Notes under the pieces: generated by a model | Database searches by the model: none | What the model was told of the DNA's origin: nothing | Seen by the model: the letters and a program-made list of their open reading frames with translations, nothing else | Translations under genes and position numbers: made by a program | In this document: in pieces, positions 18,390 to 26,813 of the stretch | How positions within the stretch are numbered: position 1 is the first letter of the stretch | Layout: the number at the start of each line of letters is the position of its first letter | Source: a virus | DNA length: 64,000 nucleotides | Virus record (IMG/VR): IMGVR_UViG_3300045988_137393 | Reading direction: 5' to 3' (one strand)

Positions 18390-18590
18390 TCAAATTTGTT
18401 CCCAAAATTCATCTTCATTCCATTCACTATTGCAACGTGAATTTACTTCCATGAAACATTCCTCAATATTTCCACAATTAACACAGTCATAATCGTTACC
18501 AATTAAATCGTTCTTACATTTTCTTTTAGAAATGTAATCTGTAATTAAGTCAGCCATTGACTCCAATTCTTCTTTACTATATTTATTCAT
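18390..18590 (-). CDS. hypothetical Cys-rich protein
   Basis: 66-aa ORF with GGAGG RBS. Confidence 0.65.
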   Translation of the reverse strand: MNKYSKEELESMADLITDYISKRKCKNDLIGNDYDCVNCGNIEECFMEVNSRCNSEWNEDEFWEQI

Positions 18591-18634
18591 ATAAATTTAC
18601 CTCCACTTATATATTCTCCAAATGAAATTTCTAT

Positions 18635-18916
18635 TTACTCACTTTTAGATTTTCCTTCGTTGAAAGCTACAATTCCAAATGTATCAACAGAAATTATCAA
18701 TCCTATTGTTCTAATACATAAATTGTCAACCATGATTGCGAAAACAAAAATGAAAGCAATTGATATAAATGTTAGGAATTTATATATTAACTTTTTATGA
18801 AATCTCTTTTTATCAATATAATGCTGTTTATCCTTAAATTTCACATACCAGAAATCTTGTGTGTTGCAAAACTGAGGTAATTTATCTTTTAGTTTATTTA
18901 CAATTTTATTCATCAT
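18635..18916 (-). CDS. hypothetical membrane protein
   Basis: Start trimmed to MMNKI (GGAGG RBS); two hydrophobic segments (FLTFISIAFIFVFAIMV, IGLIISVDTFGIVAF). Confidence 0.6.
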   Translation of the reverse strand: MMNKIVNKLKDKLPQFCNTQDFWYVKFKDKQHYIDKKRFHKKLIYKFLTFISIAFIFVFAIMVDNLCIRTIGLIISVDTFGIVAFNEGKSKSE

Positions 18917-19145
18917 GATCCTCCATTTCTTTATAATTGAATCCAAGCCAATTAATTATCTGACCTGTCCCTAAACATCCAGTACAGTCCTCATGCATAT
19001 ATTCTCCGTTTTCATTATCAAGATAGCGTTCACCTTGATAAATACCTTCGCCACAATAACAGCATAGATACTTTGGACGAGGTGGAGAGTAATAAGGACA
19101 ACGATAATCATGCAGACCGTCATATCTTCCACATATACTACACAT
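18906..19145 (-). CDS. hypothetical zinc-ribbon protein
   Basis: 79 aa, CSICG...CPYY...CCYCG...C..C pattern. Confidence 0.6.
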   Translation of the reverse strand: MCSICGRYDGLHDYRCPYYSPPRPKYLCCYCGEGIYQGERYLDNENGEYMHEDCTGCLGTGQIINWLGFNYKEMEDHDE

Positions 19146-19281
19146 ATAGTTGTTTCATTCTCCTTTAATACAGTTGCTTAAATTTTTAAGTTACAATTTT
19201 TAGATGGGTATTTGTTCACCGAATGGCGTAGAATTTTCTGTACAATGGTGTACATTAGAAATTCTGGCTAGAAAGGGTATC

Positions 19282-19584
19282 TCAGTTAGATTTACTAGCT
19301 TGATATTTTCTCATACGTTCAGCCGCCTGTTTCTTCTGTTCATCTGTAAGTTCACGTTTCTTTGCTCTAAAACTGATTAATGTTTTATCCTTTAATAAAT
19401 ATTTCTTACCTCTACCAGTATCTTGGATGAGAGAGTACATATCAGGACTTTCCTTGCACAATCTATCCAATTTAGTAATATATGTAGAATCTGAAGCATA
19501 AATTGTTGCGAATTTCTCATCACGCATTGCATTAATACAAATTTCCTGTTCTTCAATTGAAACTGTCATATTTTTATCTGCCAT
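19282..19584 (-). CDS. hypothetical protein
   Basis: 100-aa ORF, 1-nt overlap with upstream stop. Confidence 0.65.
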   Translation of the reverse strand: MADKNMTVSIEEQEICINAMRDEKFATIYASDSTYITKLDRLCKESPDMYSLIQDTGRGKKYLLKDKTLISFRAKKRELTDEQKKQAAERMRKYQASKSN

Positions 19585-19784
19585 TATTCATGTCCCTCCT
19601 TGTAAGCATCTAATACAACTCTGTTTCTTGCACATGCCTTATCAAATCGCCAATCAGACGCAATACGTTCAGCAATATTTCGACTGCCTTCATAACCGGT
19701 GCAAAAATCTGATATACAAATATTTCCCCCATATGTATTCTGGTATTTATGGTTCTTTGATGTAATTGTTATGGTTCTGTTCAT
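19584..19784 (-). CDS. hypothetical protein
   Basis: 66-aa ORF, AAAGGAGAA RBS. Confidence 0.6.
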   Translation of the reverse strand: MNRTITITSKNHKYQNTYGGNICISDFCTGYEGSRNIAERIASDWRFDKACARNRVVLDAYKEGHE

Positions 19785-19881
19785 TAATTAGTTCTCCTTT
19801 TCTGTTTAAGAATTTATTCATTGCAATCAACTCCTTTGAGTGCTGCGTTAATTTGTTACATATGTTTATTCTCTGTTTTAT

Positions 19882-20688
19882 TTACGACTTATTGCCGTTT
19901 TTGATTTCTCCAAATGAGTCTACATTATAGATTTCCAACATCTTAGCAATAGCCCATTCAATTTCTTGCTCATATCCTTCTTTATTAAGTACATATACAT
20001 TTGGTACATTTTGTGGTGGTTTCTTTGGATTAGGTTGAACACTACCAACTTCTTTTTTGATTAGAAGTGGTTCTTTGTCGCCAATAGAAGATGTGAGATA
20101 TTGAATACATTGATTAATGGTATCTTTTGACATAGAGAGTTCTTTTGACATAGATTCTATACTTCGCCAAAAAGCTTCTGGTTTAGTTTCAGGGTTATAC
20201 ATAGTTTCTTCATTATCTTTATTTTTGGGACGAATGAAAATATACGAATTAATATAAAGAAAAGCCATTAATATATTCTCTTTATTAATACTAGATTCAT
20301 TCATCATAATAAAATCAAGCTGAGAAGATGTGATTTTTGAGAACTTATCAACAGCATCAAAATTTTCAGGAATGATCTTAATTTCAATTCCAGTATCATA
20401 TCCAAGCGTGTCAAGATCCTGTTGAACTTCAATCATTTTGTTGTTAATCATATATTCCAGTACATCAAGAATTTCTTGAACAGCTTTCGGTCTGCGTTTG
20501 TGTGTCTTGTATCCGTAGAAATTTAGAACTTTTCTAAGAGTAATCCAACTATAGTCTTCGTAAGACCTATATTTATCAATAAGGATGTAAGTAATATAGA
20601 ATTTACGACTAACTCCATATTTAGTTTTAATGTTTCCTTGAATATAGTTATTTGGAAAACGAGTAAAGTATTCTGTTCTCTGTTGCAA
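19882..20688 (-). CDS. hypothetical protein, first gene of leftward arm
   Basis: 268 aa, TTG start 9 nt after GGAGG; no motif recognised. Confidence 0.65.
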   Translation of the reverse strand: MQQRTEYFTRFPNNYIQGNIKTKYGVSRKFYITYILIDKYRSYEDYSWITLRKVLNFYGYKTHKRRPKAVQEILDVLEYMINNKMIEVQQDLDTLGYDTGIEIKIIPENFDAVDKFSKITSSQLDFIMMNESSINKENILMAFLYINSYIFIRPKNKDNEETMYNPETKPEAFWRSIESMSKELSMSKDTINQCIQYLTSSIGDKEPLLIKKEVGSVQPNPKKPPQNVPNVYVLNKEGYEQEIEWAIAKMLEIYNVDSFGEIKNGNKS

Positions 20689-20719
20689 TAAAAATTCCTC
20701 CTTTATAGGTGATATTTAT

Positions 20720-20739
20720 TTATTCTCCATCTGAAATTA
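20720..20739. repeat. 20-nt direct repeat copy 1 (TTATTCTCCATCTGAAATTA)
   Basis: Exact match to 21011-21030. Confidence 0.9.
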
Positions 20740-21002
20740 AGTGGAAGAGAACCTTGCGAGCGTTCAGTAAAGTAGGTCTGAACCCCCACCTGTTTGTTTT
20801 ATTTTTGAAATTGGTAGGGGGTGAAACCCACTTTGCCGAACTGAAAGAAGATATATAACATTATTAATAAGATAGACTATTACGCTTGTATTTCGCTTAC
20901 GCTTCATACAAGCTCTTTAATTTTTTGTTTGATTGTTATTGGTTGATTTGGGTACATGGTGTTTTGGATTAATGGTTTCATTTGAGTACATGTGAGATCT
21001 AC

Positions 21003-21413
21003 CTATAGTGTTATTCTCCATCTGAAATTATAATTCTGTTTCAAATTAACGTACTTCTCTGTGAAGATATTATCTACAAAAAATACTGGTAGCTTATCAT
21101 GATACATTTTATAAATTTCTTCACCTGATAAACTTATCCAAAAATTACTACCTATTTGTCTTTGTTTCTGCAATGTTTCGATTTCTTCCTGATATTTACT
21201 ATTTTTAATTATTCCTCCAATTTTTCCACAGATAGTACAGTAACTGCATAATGATGTATGAATACGTTCTTTTTATACGTTACTTTTAAAATTCCATTTA
21301 TATTGAATCAGACATTCTTCATAATGATGTTTGTGCTTTGATTTGCGGTTGCTCTTTGAGATATTACTTTCTGTTGACTTGAGATATTTTGGTATTTCGT
21401 TTTCATGTATCAT
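21003..21413 (-). pseudogene. 137-codon reading frame interrupted by one in-frame TAA (21275-21273)
   Basis: ATG 21413 with AAAGGAGG RBS; 46 codons, TAA, then 89 more codons in the same frame with no internal start until late (..HKHHYEEC..*..CSYCTICGK..). Confidence 0.5.
21011..21030. repeat. 20-nt direct repeat copy 2
   Basis: Exact match to 20720-20739; lies inside the 3' end of the interrupted ORF. Confidence 0.9.
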
Positions 21414-21524
21414 ATTTAATTCCTCCTTTGATGTATTATTCTCTCTTTGTGAAAATGTGATTATTGCACTATTGTTCTTTTGGTAGTAAAATAAATATAT
21501 ATAATTTTAAAGGAGGAATTGTTT

Positions 21525-22421
21525 ATGAAAAAATTGAAGAGATTAAAGAGGATATTTAGTTTTGTGTTATGCATTGTAATGGTTATTACCGTTATTCAAT
21601 TAGTACCACAAAATGTTTATGCTGCCAATAAAGTTAAATTGAACTATACAAAGCTTACTTTGTATGTTGGCGAAGTAAAGAATTTGAAAATACATGAAGG
21701 AAAAACGGAAATATATTCTGCTAGATGGTCTTCTTCTAATAAAAATGTTGTGAAAGTTACTAATTATGGACATATAGAAGCATTAAAACATGGTTCTGTT
21801 AAAATAATCGCCAAATATAATAATAAAAATTATGTTTGTAAGGTTACTGTCAAGGATGCTTTAAAAGATCATGTAAGTTATGAGTTGATTGATATTCCTG
21901 AAAATGCATATTCGGGACAGTATAATAAAATGATTAAAATTGTAAACAATAATGATGTTACTGTTAATGTTAATATTTCTATTAAACAATACGATAAGGA
22001 TGGATTTTATATTAGACAAAACACAAATGATTATATAGTAAATAAAAATACTTATATTATTGCATTAATGGAATATAATAATGGACGTGTAATAGATTTT
22101 AATAATCCAATACAATATGACGAACAGTTAAAGATATCTTTGAGAAGTGTAAATAGGGCAAATTCTATTGATATAAAATATAATATTTCTGATCAATATA
22201 TTGATAATGGTTGGATATATAGAGATATTGTTTTTACTTCACCTATTACTAAATCTGCAAAATATTCTGCGTTATGTTATAATAGTAGTGGAGAATTAAC
22301 GAGAATAGTTACCGATTATGTTTATGTTCCTGCTAATGAAAAAGTAAAAAAGAAAGATGGATATAATTTGAATTTTAAAGATAAATATGATATTCAAAAA
22401 ATAAATATATATTTTTATTGA
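21525..22421 (+). CDS. secreted protein with bacterial Ig-like (Big_2) domain
   Basis: AGGAGG RBS; signal peptide KKLKRLKRIFSFVLCIVMVITVIQLVPQNVYA; Big_2-like KLTLYVGEVKNLK...WSSSNKNVVKVTNYGHIEALKHGSVKIIA. Confidence 0.75.
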   Translation: MKKLKRLKRIFSFVLCIVMVITVIQLVPQNVYAANKVKLNYTKLTLYVGEVKNLKIHEGKTEIYSARWSSSNKNVVKVTNYGHIEALKHGSVKIIAKYNNKNYVCKVTVKDALKDHVSYELIDIPENAYSGQYNKMIKIVNNNDVTVNVNISIKQYDKDGFYIRQNTNDYIVNKNTYIIALMEYNNGRVIDFNNPIQYDEQLKISLRSVNRANSIDIKYNISDQYIDNGWIYRDIVFTSPITKSAKYSALCYNSSGELTRIVTDYVYVPANEKVKKKDGYNLNFKDKYDIQKINIYFY

Positions 22422-22438
22422 TCAAGTATTTGTTTATT

Positions 22439-22468
22439 GGACTATGGCTTTGGCTGTAGTCCTTTTTT
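22439..22468 (+). terminator. rho-independent terminator
   Basis: 10-bp hairpin GGACTATGGC/GCTGTAGTCC followed by TTTTTT. Confidence 0.8.
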
Positions 22469-22596
22469 ATTGCTGTTTTATATATAGATATCTCTATTTA
22501 AAAGGTGATTTGTGATATGGTTTTAATATACCCCCCCTATAGGTTGAGATTCTTGAGTGTGGCTTTTGATGGAAAAATCGTTATCGGTGAAAACGC

Positions 22597-22816
22597 TTAT
22601 ATATAAGGAAGAAAATAGGATTGTTGGTGTGATTTTTGGTAAGATAGAAGTTTGAAATTTAGGGGTTGAAGTGAGTGAAATGGTTGAAAAATAATGGTTT
22701 TGACGATATGGGGTACGATAAGTGGTTTGAGATGGTAAAATTGGGATTTTGCTTGATTTTGTTGGAAATTTTGATGATTGGGGAAGGATGGATTTTTGAG
22801 TTGGTGTATGGAATAA
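22597..22816. other. C-depleted (G/T/A-only) block on plus strand
   Basis: Only 3 C in ~220 nt by direct count (C at 22703, 22716, 22752). Confidence 0.85.
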
Positions 22817-23118
22817 CCAGCTATAGGGTTTACTGCATTTCCAGTCCATCTAATTAGTTTTAACTACCCCGGCTAGGCAAAAACAATGGATAATAGATAT
22901 ATATTATACATTGTTTTTCTGATCCGATTTTCACAACAAATAGTATTAAAAACTATGTGTAGTAGTAGTTATTGGTTCTATGACATATAGTTTAATATTG
23001 TTATAATCCAATATAATCTTAATATCGTTTCCATTCACCACTTTTATATCAAAATCAATAATTTTTAGGTTCACATTCTCCACTTTATACCATAAAACCT
23101 GTCTAAAAATGGGACAGT

Positions 23119-23226
23119 CCACCACCACACAAAACCAACCTATAATTCTATTGTTAAAATTTCACAATAACACACACCATAACCACACTAAAACTACACA
23201 TATTTCACAAAACTATAAAATCTTAT
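23119..23226. other. G-depleted (C/A/T) block on plus strand
   Basis: Single G (23153) in ~107 nt; CCACCACCACACAAAACCAACC... Confidence 0.85.
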
Positions 23227-23229
23227 GAA

Positions 23230-23906
23230 AAAGACTTGAATATCTCACAAAAAAGGACTATTATACAGTTGTCCGAAGGGATAGGACATAAAACAAGTCC
23301 CATTGTTAGCACATCTGTAAAGAGGACACCGAACCTCACTTGACATCATTAGTTAAGATAGAACCTATCCAAGAATGATGTAAAACCTCACGGCTACTTG
23401 TACAGCCATTCCAAAGCGGATTAAAAAAGCTATCATATATAGCAACGTACAGGGCACTTGATAGCAGTTATTAAGAGGTTGAATTGATACCTTAATGAAA
23501 CAATTCAGTAAAGCCACACTATAGCAGGCACGTGAATAGTAGGAACGATAGAAACCTCATTAGTAGTCAAGTGGCTACTAATTACCATTCCGGCGATGTG
23601 TAACCGGCAAGACAGCAACTCATAAACGTATTAAATAATCTTTACAAGTGTATCACTTGTTTTGTGGTAAAAACATTAAATTACATAACAGGTTTATTAT
23701 ACCACATTCAAAGAGGTTGTTTCAACCTAACAAGATTAAATAGTACAATACCGCTTTATATGTCAAGCGTTAAAAGTATGGCAATATGACATAAGTATAG
23801 CAGGGTACGCAAGCTATACAGTGTAATTGTAAATTATTACAATAAGCACATTCCGCACATTACAATAATAAGCCACCAAGTAAACATGAAAAATGTTGAA
23901 TTATCC
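23230..23906 (+). ncRNA. candidate large structured RNA (d), ~0.68 kb
   Basis: No ORF >=60 aa in any frame 23129-24030; many hairpins (23344-23350/23374-23380; 23644-23650/23654-23660; 23713-23718/23722-23727); repeated module AACCTCA-hairpin-CCATTCC (23384/23406 and 23553/23585). Confidence 0.4.
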
Positions 23907-23994
23907 AGTCGCATTGAGCAGGCTCAGTCTACGCTTTTTTAAGCGGTTGTGAATTAAGCACATTTGAGAAGTGGTTCGATTCCACTTGCGACTT
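23907..23994 (+). ncRNA. tRNA-like element 1 (acceptor + canonical T arm, no 7-nt anticodon loop)
   Basis: Acceptor AGTCGCA/TGCGACT, T arm AGTGG-TTCGATT-CCACT, long extra arm TGTG..CACA; the anticodon-position hairpin CGCTT-TTTT-AAGCG has a 4-nt loop; D arm truncated. Confidence 0.5.
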
Positions 23995-24048
23995 TACCAA
24001 AAAAATAATTATATTGCACTCATGCGTTAAATGAGAGAAGGAGACATT

Positions 24049-24846
24049 ATGTTAAAATCTGAAAAATTCTACTCAAAAACTAATTCTTTAAAGGACACAA
24101 CTTTCGACTTTGCAGGACACGTTAGAACTTTAGTTCGTAACACTGAATTATCACGGATGCAGGATAAAAAATCATTCAAGGATGGTAAAAAAGCATTAGA
24201 GGATGCACACGCTGATATTGACGTTATGACTTGTGACGCTAGTATTATCAATCAGACTTTAGGTAACGATGCAGGTCAATTCATCAAAGACCGTGAAGAG
24301 ATTATTGCTTTAAAAGATGAAATTGCTACACTTTTACCGATTGACAACGTGACCGCACTTTGTCCAACTGACCGTGTACATATTACTTTGATGGCTCATG
24401 CTATCTATAAAAATGTACAGCTGGATGCTGATATTTTCGACACTGAAAAAGGCGGTGTTGATATTTCTAAGGCAGTACAGGTTTACTATAACAAAGGTTC
24501 TATGAAAGACTTAAAAGATGCTTTACGTTCTGTATTTAATAAATTAATCGGTTCTGAAGGTGATCACTTCTACGGCATTAAAATAAAAAAGTCCGATTTT
24601 ACAGATAAGGATCTGCGTAACTTCCTTGCAACTTTTGGCGGTTCTGCCAAACGTGAACAATCTAAGTCTAAGAAGGATGGAGTAGAAATTGTAAAATTTT
24701 CCGACTTTAACTATACAGACAAGTCAGGCAATAAAAAAGTACAGATTGCAGCTTTTACAACTCTTTGTGCAGTTGTTCTTGATAATGCGTCAAAACATGA
24801 GGTTATTAAGCCGGAAACTACAGAAGAGAAAACCGAAACAAAATAG
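24049..24846 (+). CDS. hypothetical protein (265 aa), first rightward gene
   Basis: Strong RBS GAAGGAGA 7 nt before ATG 24049; bracketed by two tRNA-like elements; no motif recognised. Confidence 0.75.
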   Translation: MLKSEKFYSKTNSLKDTTFDFAGHVRTLVRNTELSRMQDKKSFKDGKKALEDAHADIDVMTCDASIINQTLGNDAGQFIKDREEIIALKDEIATLLPIDNVTALCPTDRVHITLMAHAIYKNVQLDADIFDTEKGGVDISKAVQVYYNKGSMKDLKDALRSVFNKLIGSEGDHFYGIKIKKSDFTDKDLRNFLATFGGSAKREQSKSKKDGVEIVKFSDFNYTDKSGNKKVQIAAFTTLCAVVLDNASKHEVIKPETTEEKTETK

Positions 24847-24898
24847 GATGATACTGCATAAGTAGTAGGTGTGCAGGGTTCGACTCCCTGCTCATCCT
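24846..24898 (+). ncRNA. tRNA-like minihelix element 2 starting at the last base of the stop codon
   Basis: Acceptor GGATGA/TCATCC stacked on T arm GCAGGG-TTCGACT-CCCTGC, single internal hairpin TACT-GCATA-AGTA; no D or anticodon arm. Confidence 0.5.
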
Positions 24899-24957
24899 TT
24901 AACTTTTAAAGTGAAAAATTCAGGCTATAAGTATGCCCATTTTTAAGGAGGTTAATC

Positions 24958-25185
24958 ATGTTAAAGTTTAAAAAATCAGAAATTCATAAACTTGCAAATC
25001 AGCTCACTTGTAACTCTGAACTTTTCGGGGATGAGGTTGCGTCTGTTATTGCACAACTTACATCACTGTCAAACTCTGCAAATGAGTTTGGTTGTACAAT
25101 GGAAGGTAAAATCTTTGATTGTTGGGGTTCTTCCGTTTCGGTAATTGCTTTACCTGATAAGGCAAAACATAGTTGGGAATTTTAG
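24958..25185 (+). CDS. hypothetical protein
   Basis: 75-aa ORF, AAGGAGG RBS. Confidence 0.7.
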   Translation: MLKFKKSEIHKLANQLTCNSELFGDEVASVIAQLTSLSNSANEFGCTMEGKIFDCWGSSVSVIALPDKAKHSWEF

Positions 25186-25195
25186 GAGGTGTACT

Positions 25196-25675
25196 ATGCC
25201 AAAAATCAAACACGAACCAAAATTTTACATTCGACTTTGTAAGGGAACTATCATGCAATTTCCAGATAATTTCACAATCTATCCAGGCTCAATCTATGGA
25301 CGTTTTACGGATAAGCAAGGTAAACGTATATTTTGGGTATGCAATGACTACAGGCTCACAAATGGCAAACTACCTGTAAATATTTTCAATGGAACACGTT
25401 GGACTTTGTGGCTAGTAAATGCAGATCATCCATGCTATAAGTGGGTAAAATCTGTCTGCGAAAAGTTGGGTTATATTCCTAAAATCCAAAGGGAAAATTT
25501 ATCCTTTGACGATTGCCAAAGTATGATGAAAAGCTATGCTTTACATAAAAAAGGAACAGGTTCACGGATCAACACGTATCAGATCAATAATCCTTTGCGT
25601 TGGAATGAAGTAACAGAAACTGCACACTGGTATGGTCACGGAAACGCAAGTGTTGTTGCATCAAATATTAGATAA
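25196..25675 (+). CDS. hypothetical protein
   Basis: Start trimmed to MPKIKHE (TAGGAGGTG RBS). Confidence 0.7.
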   Translation: MPKIKHEPKFYIRLCKGTIMQFPDNFTIYPGSIYGRFTDKQGKRIFWVCNDYRLTNGKLPVNIFNGTRWTLWLVNADHPCYKWVKSVCEKLGYIPKIQRENLSFDDCQSMMKSYALHKKGTGSRINTYQINNPLRWNEVTETAHWYGHGNASVVASNIR

Positions 25676-25692
25676 TAGTATGCAGTACCGAA

Positions 25693-25721
25693 AGGCAGAA
25701 CGCACTAAAAGTCTGCCTTTT
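25693..25721 (+). terminator. rho-independent terminator
   Basis: AGGCAGA/TCTGCCT hairpin followed by TTTT. Confidence 0.7.
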
Positions 25722-25795
25722 CATAGTGCATATTAGCACTAGAATGGAGGTTCGATAGTATGGTAAAATTATAAAGGCAAAATAGGAGGATTGCC

Positions 25796-26059
25796 ATGCT
25801 AAAAATTAATGAATGGTCTGTAAACCGTAGAATAGAGTCTTTGCGTCAGATGGATAAAATGCTGTCCGAAATGAACGTAGGCTCACGCTATACTATATGG
25901 CAGGAATATGGCGGAGGACTAAAGGCAAACGCAGATGATACTCATGCAAATTGGAAACGTATTGCAGAAGATGACGAACTGTACCAAAATGCTATTTTCT
26001 GTTATATGTGTTGCACGTTGGAAAAGTATACTTTACAAAATTTCAATGTAAGGGAGTAG
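25796..26059 (+). CDS. hypothetical protein
   Basis: 87-aa ORF, TAGGAGGA RBS. Confidence 0.7.
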   Translation: MLKINEWSVNRRIESLRQMDKMLSEMNVGSRYTIWQEYGGGLKANADDTHANWKRIAEDDELYQNAIFCYMCCTLEKYTLQNFNVRE

Positions 26060-26065
26060 TCTGCC

Positions 26066-26092
26066 AAGGGCAAGGGGTAACTTTGCCCTTTT
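26066..26092 (+). terminator. rho-independent terminator
   Basis: AAGGGCAA/TTGCCCTT hairpin running into T run. Confidence 0.6.
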
Positions 26093-26130
26093 ACAAAAGC
26101 AAAATTATATGCTAAAATGAAAGGAGATGA

Positions 26131-26391
26131 ATGACATTGGAGGCATATAAGAAAATGAGAATAGAATACAACAGGCTTTTCGATAAGCTGAAGGAAAATA
26201 AAATTACGCAAAAAGATTTTAGGGATAATGCTGGAATTAGTGGAGCAACTATGCAAAAACTACTTCATAACGGAAATATAACAACGGAAATTATTTGCCG
26301 CATCTGCGATTATTTTCAATGTATGCCTGATGAAATAATGGAATTTATCCCTGATAATGACTATATAGAATGCAAACAGTCAATGCCTTAA
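26131..26391 (+). CDS. XRE-type helix-turn-helix protein
   Basis: KITQKDFRDNAGISGATMQKLLHNGNITTEIICRICDYFQCMPDEIMEF is a Cro/C1-type HTH pattern. Confidence 0.7.
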   Translation: MTLEAYKKMRIEYNRLFDKLKENKITQKDFRDNAGISGATMQKLLHNGNITTEIICRICDYFQCMPDEIMEFIPDNDYIECKQSMP

Positions 26392-26789
26392 CTCCAAAGC
26401 AGATCAGTATCACAAATGCAATTCCAATCTGTGACATTGCTGGTTATTTCTATGACAAATATGGATATCTCTGCTTTGAGCTTGGCGATACAACAAAGCA
26501 GTTCAATAAGGCAGATGGATATTCGTATTCAAAAATCTGTGAGAAACTTCCGCATCTTAAAGATTTAGATGAAAACAAAACATATCCTTTGACAGCGAAA
26601 GTAACAAAGGTAAACAAAAAGAAAAACTTTGTCACTGTACAGGATTATAGCGGAAACAAATGGAAATTTCGTGGCTGTGAAGACTATAAAGATGGAGATG
26701 TAGTATCTATACTCATGGATAGTAATGGAACAGAAAAGGTAACTGATGATATTATCTTACAGGTCAGATACAGCGGTGCAGAGTGGTAA
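26370..26789 (+). CDS. hypothetical protein
   Basis: 139-aa ORF overlapping previous stop by 22 nt; no clear RBS, start uncertain. Confidence 0.55.
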   Translation: MQTVNALTPKQISITNAIPICDIAGYFYDKYGYLCFELGDTTKQFNKADGYSYSKICEKLPHLKDLDENKTYPLTAKVTKVNKKKNFVTVQDYSGNKWKFRGCEDYKDGDVVSILMDSNGTEKVTDDIILQVRYSGAEW

Positions 26790-26813
26790 ATAATAAGAAA
26801 GGAAGTAAAAACA

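Noticed and set aside
22523-22857. ORFs 22523..22849 (minus, 108 aa) and 22675..22857 (plus, 60 aa)
   Set aside because: Both lie in the C-depleted block. Their translations are low-complexity (P/S/T/Q-rich, or W/G/L/F-rich), there is no convincing RBS, and they overlap each other. They look like by-products of the extreme base composition.
22946-23128. ORF 22946..23128 (minus, 60 aa)
   Set aside because: It sits alone in the AT-rich core between the skewed blocks, with no RBS seen and no neighbours on its strand. There is not enough support to call it a gene.
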